A stretch of DNA of 64,000 nt from an uncultured Christensenella sp. (GTDB lineage Bacteria; Bacillota; Clostridia; Christensenellales; UBA1242): NCBI GenBank assembly GCA_949296965.1, contig CASFQL010000012.1:36259-100258 (forward strand), given 5' to 3'. The position numbers were made by a program, and so were the translations under genes. Below are positions 45,801-54,800 of this stretch, piece after piece. The notes beneath the pieces were generated by a model, which was not told the DNA's origin, ran no database searches, and saw only the letters and a program-made list of their open reading frames with translations. Position 1 is the stretch's first letter, and each line of letters opens with the position of its first letter.

Positions 45801-48800
45801 GGGCAAGTTACAATGAACGCTAATGTTGAACTTGTAAATAACATTGCAAATTATTCTTCTATTATAAAGGTAACAAACCCTGATAATGGAACTATTCAAA
45901 ATGTTGACAATACTTCTAATGGTGGTGCAATTTATGTTGACGGTGGCTCTTTTACAATGAATGGCGGACTTATTTATAACAACAAAGCAGAAAATGGTGG
46001 TGCAATCTTTGTTAAATCAGGTAATGTATTTATTGTGGAAGGCACTTTGGGTAGACAGGTCATTGATGGAGATATTGTAAATAATAATTATGGATATAAT
46101 GTCGCTAGTGAAAATGGTGGGGCTATATTTGTTCAAAGCGGAAGTGCTTATATTTATGAAAATGCTTTAATTTCTGGTAACCTTGCAACAAATGGTGGAG
46201 CAATTTATAGTAATGGTATTGTAAGTTTAGAAAAGGCAAAAATTGAATTTAATACTGCTCTTCAAAATGGTGGAGCATTATATCTAAACTCAAATTCAAT
46301 TATTGATGCTTCAAATCATTTTACTTTAAGTTGTGTTGACATTTCAAATAACAAGGCACTTCAAAATGGTGGGGCAATATTATTACTTGCTGGAAACCTT
46401 TCGATTTTGGGAGAAAGTCAAAGTGAGACAAGCAAATTCTATCTAAATTATGCATTAAATGGTGGTGCTATTTACAATTGTGGAACAGGAAAGTTTAATA
46501 TAACTCTTACGGACTTTTATTCTAATAGTGCAACTAATAATGGTGGTAGTATTTATTTTGAAAATGAAAGCATTTCAAATTCAAGCGAGATTGTAAACTC
46601 AAAATTTGGAGTAACAACTCCAAATACTGCTAACCTTGGTGGAGCAATCTTTATAAATAGTGGTAAACTTACAATTTCTTCATCAAGCATTGTTTTAAAT
46701 ACTGCTTTAAATAATGGTGGTGCAATTTATGTTGGTGGTAGTGGTAATTTACTACTTAATACGACTCTTAGTGAAAATATAACAACAATTCAATCAAATT
46801 CTGCAATTAATGGTGGGGCTATATACATTGATACTAGTGGTGATGTTGAAATTTTAGGGTGCTACATTTCAAATAATATAGCAACAAATAATGGTGGTGC
46901 TATTTATCAAGTAAATGGAAGTTTAAGACTTGTCCAAACATCAGGTCAAAGTTTGGGTGGAGTTAGTGAAAATACTTCTACTTATGATGGAGCTGGACTT
47001 TATCTCATCGGCGGTTATGCTAGTTTGGAGTCTGCAATAGTTAGCAGGAATGTGATATCTTCTGGTAATGGCGCGGGGTTATATATTAGTGGCGCTAATG
47101 TTGAAATTAGGGGCTCTTCAATTAGTAATAATGTTATAAGTCAAAGTAGTGATATTAATTTAGATAGAGATGGCCAAGGCATATATTATAATGCAGGAAA
47201 TGTAACACTTTATGGGGATAATTTTATTAATAATCCTATTAATGAAGCAGAAAGCAGGTCTGGGTCAATAGTGATTGAAGGAACAACAAGTTTAGATCAG
47301 TGCTTTACTCTTGCTGGGGTGATTAATAATTTAGTAGACGCTTTCTACTTAAAAACTAGGGATAGTTGGATAAATACACTTGAAAAAGATTATTCTGGTT
47401 CAGATGATGGTTTTTCTGTTAATGATCAAGGGAACCCAACTGTTCTTATAAAAATTAATGAAGAAAAGTTATACAATGATAAAATAGTAAAATTTACTGC
47501 TCAAAGTTTAGCACAATATAATTATTTAAAATATTTTGAGCTTCCACTTTCGACTAAAAAGTTATTGGTTGTTGGGCAGGGAGATTTGGCTGATTATATT
47601 GTATTAAGTTATCAATATTTTTATATTATTGGTAAAAACGATAACAAATTAGAAGTAGACAAACCTGTAAAAATTATTGCGGCATATGATGATTTGCAAG
47701 AGGCGATTGATTCACTTAACCTTTATGAAGGTAAACTTAAAGACACTGAAAAAGGTTTCTTAATCATTGCAAATATTGTAAATGAAACTCATACTTTTAC
47801 ATTTGATAAAACTATTACTATAAAAAACGATAGTTTACTTAGTGTTAAGAAAATAACTATAACTTCGCTTACTGAAAATGTTAAGTTTGTTAAAAGTGAT
47901 AGTTCAAAAGATTTTGAATTTATTTCTGTTGAAGAAGGTTATGAGTTAGTTTTAGGAATTAACGAAGATTTTAGTAGTTATTATGATATACTTTTAGAAG
48001 AAACTTTTGATAGTTCCGTTTATAAAAATGCTTTAACATTTGTTGGAAGTGATGAAAGTTTATCAAGTATGATTGTTAATAATGGAACACTTCAATTAAG
48101 AGAAGGCACAGTATTTACAAATCAAAATTCTTTACAAAATGGGGCAGTTGTAAATAACTATGGGACATTAATAGTTGACGGTGCTAAAATATTTAACAAT
48201 AGTGCAGAAAATGGCGGAGCAATTTATTCAAATACAGGTTCAACACTGAATATTAATTCCGGTTATATTCATAATAATCTAGCAACTAATGGCGGAGCAA
48301 TTTATCTTGCTAATGGTTCTACTTCAAATATTTATGGCGGTTTTATTGGTATTGGAGAAGAAAGTATTATTAGTGAATACAACTTAACTAAGACAGGTAA
48401 TAATGCAATTGATGGCGGTGCCATTTATGTAGACGGGGCAGTATTAAATATTTATGGCGGAGAAATTGCTAATAACTATGCATCAAATAATGGTGGGGCA
48501 ATTTATATAACAACTTATACAAATAATTCTCAAAATATTCATTCAAAAGTTTCGTTACTTCAAAATGACTCTACTTCTATAAATGTTCAAATATATTCAA
48601 ACGAGGCTTATATGTATGGCGGGGCAGTCTATGTTGAAGATAACAATATGAATAAAGATGTAGACTTTGAAGAAAGAAGTAGTTTTGTATTTAATGCTGG
48701 AAGTATAAACAGAAATAAATCTGCTTCTGGTGGAGCCCTTTATGCAACCTCTTTTGTCTTAAATAATGGAGAAAAGAGTTATAATGGTGCAATTAAAGAA

Positions 48801-51800
48801 GAAGATGGTTTAACATATACTTATGGAGTTTATGTTGAGATAAATGGGGGTAACTTTGAAAGCAACTCAGCAAATTATAGGGTTATAAATGACACTTCTG
48901 TTGGTGGAAATGGTGGGACAATTTATCTTTATGGTGCAAATAGTAAAATCTCTAATTCTATTATAGAAGGTATTAAGTCAGAAATTGGAGTAGTCGATAC
49001 AAGGACTGCTTTAAATGGTGGTGGATTATATCTTAACAACTCTTTTGTTTTAGTAGGTAATAATGTCAACATTAGATTTAATGAAGTTTCAAATAATGGT
49101 GGAGGTATATATGTTGACGCTAATTCTAATTTAAAAATTGATGGAGATGAAAATACTATAATTTCTTCTAACAAAGCAACTTCATCAAATAGTAAGGGTG
49201 GTGGTATTTACCCAGAAAAAGGTGCAAAAGTTAACCTTGTTGCAGTTACTATTAGATTAAATTCAAGTTTAGGCTTGGGAGATGGAGTTTATGTAGACTC
49301 TAACGGCAATGATTTTTCAATAGGTGCTGGTATGGTTAATGGAGAAATTGCGAAACTCTCAAATAATTTGAAGATAATTGATAGCATATATCTTGTAACG
49401 GGAAGCATTATCTATGTTGATGGTAGATTTAATAGCGACTATTACAACAATGAAAATGAAGAAAACTTTATAACTATTGTTAGTGATTATTCTTCTAGTG
49501 TTAGTTTAAATGATGAAACTAGAAATGTTGTTGCTGAGTATAACAATAATATTCCACTAGAAGATACTTTAAGTATTGATGCAAAATTATTTAAGGGTAG
49601 CGATAGAACAGGTAAGGCATATTGCTTTATAATTTACGAAGATTATAAGGTTGCTATTGGAATTGCAAACATTGCTAAGAAAGTTGAAGGTAGTTCTGTT
49701 ATTAGATTCTATGAAACATTAGAAGATGCTATAAATAGAATTTCAACTGATGAAACAATGACAACTATATTCATTCTTACTAATGTATCAGTTGAAAGCA
49801 AAATTTATATTAAGTCTAATAATATCTTAATTAAGTGCGGGGAGAAAATTGAGGAAGATAATGAAATTAAGGTTAAGGAAGATACCGACTTAATTTATAC
49901 TATTTCGATAGGGGATATTGATACAGGAGATATTTTTGAAATTTCAAATAATGAAAATTCAACAATTATAGAGTTTAGAAAACTTAATATAGTCGGTAAA
50001 GAGTCCAATATTAGATTATTTAATGTTTTTAGTGGCACGCTTACTTTAAATGGTGTCAATATATCAGGGTTTAGGAGCGAGTTAGATGGTTCAATCTTAA
50101 ATGCTAGCGGTGGACAAATTAACATAATGGGGGAAAAAGAAAGCAATAGTGGTGTAGAAAATTATTCTACTCAAATTACGAACAATACTGCTAAAAATGG
50201 TATCATTAATGTTAATACACTTGCTTCTTTAAGAATCTCAGGTAACGGCGTTAAATTTTCTAATAACACAGCATTAAATGGAATTGTTTACATTGACACA
50301 TACGGAGAAGTTTATTTAGAAGAAACTGTTTTCGGGGGAACATCATTATCAACTAATATTACTGAAAATGGTGGTGCAATCTTTATTCAAAATGGTTCTT
50401 TAACATTAGATAGAGCAGTGTTGGAATACAATAAATCAACAAATGGTGGTGCTATTTATTATAATGGCGGAAGCATTATTTTAAATGATAGTAGTATTAA
50501 ATATAATACAGCAGTTAATGGTGGCGGAATTTACTTTAATGAGTCTTACGCTTTTGCAACAAAGGAAGAAACATCATCAAAATTTAGTAATTATGCAGTA
50601 ACTACTATTTTAGGTAATAATGCAACAAATGGCGGTGGAATTTATATTAACAATAATGTTACTTTAACAGGCGTATTAGAAATTAGTTCTAACATAGCAA
50701 GTAATAATGGTGGTGGCATTTATGTTAATAGAAATTGCCAACTTATTTTAGATGATAATGTTTTAATAAGTTCTAATAAATCAAACTCAAATGGGGCTGG
50801 TATTTATTTAGGTGAAAGTTCAAAACTTAATGCTTTATCAAGTGTTGCTACACTAAACACAAGAAACGACTTATCTAAATCAATTTTTGGCGGTGGGATA
50901 TTTGCAGAAAGTAATACGGTAATTAACCTAAATGACAATGCGATTATTTCATCAAATGAGTCACAAAATGGGGCTGGAATTTACAGCAAAGGCATAGTTA
51001 ATATTTTAGGTAATGCAACTATTTCAAATAATGAAACTACGGGGAATGGTGGTGGAATTTATGTTAATGGAAACTTAACAATGAATAATGGTTCTATTTT
51101 TGCAAATAGTGCAACAAATGGCGGTGGAATTTATCTAAATAGCGGCAAGATAGAGTTTACAAATGGTGTAATTGGTGGAGATTTCTGGTTTGGTTATGAG
51201 GGAAGTGAAAATTTAGAAAATTCAAAAAGTGGGAACTATGCTTCAAATAATGGTGGTGGTATTTACATTAACGATGGCGAATTTGTTTTTGGAAGTCAAA
51301 GTGTATCTAAGTCTACTAATGATACCCAAAAACTTGCTCAGGTATTGTTTAATTTTGCTCAAATTAACGGTGGCGGAATTTATATTAATAAAGTTAAAGA
51401 TACAGGTGTTAATACAATTTATAATGATTTCATTGTTACTCAAAATGTAGCAGAAACGGCTAGCGGTGGTGGAATTTATATCCAAAGCGGTAAACTTAAT
51501 ATGCTAGGTGGACAAATTGGTGGTCAAGTATCAGAAACAAAAGAAAGTTCAACAACACAAACTAATACAGGAAATGTAGCAGTTAATGGCGGTGGAATTT
51601 ATATTGGAAGTGGTGTAAAGGAAATTAATTTAGAAGGCGGAACAATTTTAGGTAACTTTGCAAGTCAAAATGGTGGTGGAGTTTATGTTGATATGAATGG
51701 CGATAACGATGTTGTTGTTAATGTAATTTCACAGATTATTATTTCTAATAATAGTGCAGTTAACGGTGCGGGAATATATATATCAACATATACAAGTAGT

Positions 51801-54800
51801 TCAAAATCAAATGGTGGAGTAATAATGTCGGGTGGATATATTAAGAATAATATAGCAAGTAACTCTGGTGGTGGTGTTTATAATGCTGGAAGATTTGTTT
51901 TAACAGGTGGCGAAATTGGTGGAAGTGATGGCGAAGGTAACGAAGCAGTTTATGGTGGTGGTATATATAACGAAGGTTATCTAAATATTAAGGACAATGT
52001 AGAAAGAATTGATACAGAAACTATTGATGAGATAAATGTAAATAGTAGTGTAACAAGAAACATAAAAATTTCTTATAACAAGGCAACTAATGGTGGTGGA
52101 ATATTTATTTCTGACACACTAGATAGTGGCGAAAATAGTTCTCAAATAATTAGCGTTTTAATTAATAATAATACTGCAACAAATGGTGGCGGAATTTATT
52201 ATTCAAATGGTGAATTAATTTTTAAAGATAATAAGATAGTTGGGAATAAAGCCCAAGGCGTTTCACCAGACGAAACAGGTTCTGCTGGAAATGGTGGTGG
52301 AATTTATATTGCTTCAAATTATACAAATTCTCCAATATTAGAGATTGTTAATTGTTTAACATTTAGCAATTCAGCAACAAATGGCGGTGGTATTTTTGTT
52401 GAGAGTGGACGAGTAATACTTACATTTGATTCTAGCGCTAACCAAACTGTTGTTTCAAATTCAGCAACAAATGGCGGTGGTATTTATGTTAAAGGCGGAC
52501 TAATTGACATTTCAGGTAAAGGCAGTGATAGCAATGAACAACTTTATAGTTTTGCTATTAGTAGTAATACTGCAACTATGGCAGGTGGTGGACTTTACAA
52601 TGAAGGTGGAGTTGTAATAATTACAAACACATTATTTACTAAAAACACAGTAACAAGTTCTAGTGGAAATGGGGGAGCAATTTATACAATGTCAAATGCA
52701 ACGCTTTCTTATCGTAGTAGTGAATATCAGGGTGTATTTGTCAATACAATAATCTTAGAAGAAAATTCAGCAACAAATGGTGGTGGAATCTATATTAATT
52801 ATGGTAAAGCAACTTTAAAGAGTGGGCAGGTATTTAAAAATACTGCTGAAAATGGTGGAGGAATTTATATAATAGGAAATAATTTCCAACAAACTGCATC
52901 GCTAGAAATACAAGATTTAAAAATTTACAACAACATCGCAAGTAGTAGTAATAGAGATGCTAATGGTGGTGGTATTTATATAGGTGAATATGCAACTGTT
53001 ACTTTAAAGGGTAATAGCAATGTTAGCGAAAATATAAATAATCTTGCAAATATCTCTAACATTTACGAAAATTATGCTAGCAAAAATGGTGGTGGAGTTT
53101 ATTTGTATGGAGCAAATTCAGTATTTAACTTTGAAAGTGGTGTAATTTACAACAACTATGCTGCCTACGGAAGTGGTATCTACATTAATGGAACTAATAG
53201 TGAGACAAAACTAACAATGCAAACTGATGCATTTATTATTAAGAATGGTAACTACTCTAATCTTAGTCAAATATTTAAGACATTTGGGGGTAGTAAGATT
53301 GTAAAATATACTGTAAATTATGGCGGTGGTATATATGTCACATATGGTAGTTTAGATTTGAATGGAAGCATTTTAAATAATATTGCAACAGATGGTGGCG
53401 GAATTTATATAAATAATACTGTGTATAATTTTAGTGGTAATCCACTTATTGGTGCAAATGAAAAACTTGGACTTAATGGCAATGAAGCAATAAATTGTGG
53501 CGGTGGAGTTTATGTTTCTTCAAGTGGGATTGTATCGTTAAAGGGTGTTATTTATAAAAATACTGCAACAAATGGCGGTGGTTTGTATTCTAGTGGAAAG
53601 CTTACAATTGGTGGAGAAACAAAAGATGATTCAAATGGTTTTGTATTAATTTCAGGCAATAAGGCTACAGATGGTGGTGGAGCATATGTAAATGGTGGAG
53701 AAACAACTTTCGGAATAAACAGTATAGTTGGTCAAAATAGTGAAAGAACTAATTCTGAACAAAACGGAGATGTTGAAACTTCTTATCAATTATATAATGA
53801 AGCTTCGAATAATGGTGGTGGTATTTACATTAAGGCTGGCACAGTTAAAATGAGTGGTTTTGTTGGATATAACAGGGCTTCAAATAATGGTGGCGGTATT
53901 TGTGTAGATGTTGATATTAATTCGCAAGACGAAAATGCTTTTGTTTCTTTAACAATAGGAGAATTGAATAAAGAAAGTGCAGTATCACATAATGTTGCAA
54001 CAAATTATGGTGGCGGTATATATGCTAACTTTGGGATATATGATCCTAGTAAAGATTCTGAAAATGTTTTAATTATTAGTGGTGGTATAATTAAACTTAA
54101 TGAGAGTGGTAGTAAAATAGATAGAACATTAAACTACTATATGCCAGAAGCAAATGCTCCTAATGTTAAAGTTACTCCATATGCACCAGAAGTTCATATG
54201 TATAATGGTAGACTAAAAATGCAAGGTGGTGTAATTCAATATGAAACTCCACAAGATAAAGATTCTAGCGATATTATTAATTACCTTGCACTTTATTGGG
54301 TAGCCGATGGGCAAAACGATATTGATTTCAATAACAATACGGGAGCAATTAAAGGAAATATATTTATTGATAATGGAAACAAATATGTGATAATTAATAC
54401 AAGTTGTATTGCTTTTGATAATAATAGTGAAGACGAAAATGCAAATAACTCAAAACTTTTCCAAAGTAGTCATATTAACGAACTGCCTATAAAATTCTAT
54501 AATTACTATTACGACCATCATGTAGAACAGACATTTGATTTAGTTGAGTCTATATTAGGAATTTTCCAAGGTGAATTTAATATTATGCAAAATAAAAGAG
54601 TTTTTGAAATTTATCTTAACCCAAATATAAGTGGGTTATATAGAGTAACTGGCTCTGATAAATTTTTAGGTTCATCATTTATTTGGATTCCAGATATTAA
54701 TTATGATGAATTAAATGGTTTTGTTAATTCAATTGCTGGTTGGATTAATAAAGCAATAGATTTTTTAGGTCTACAAGATGTAATTAAAATAGATGACACA

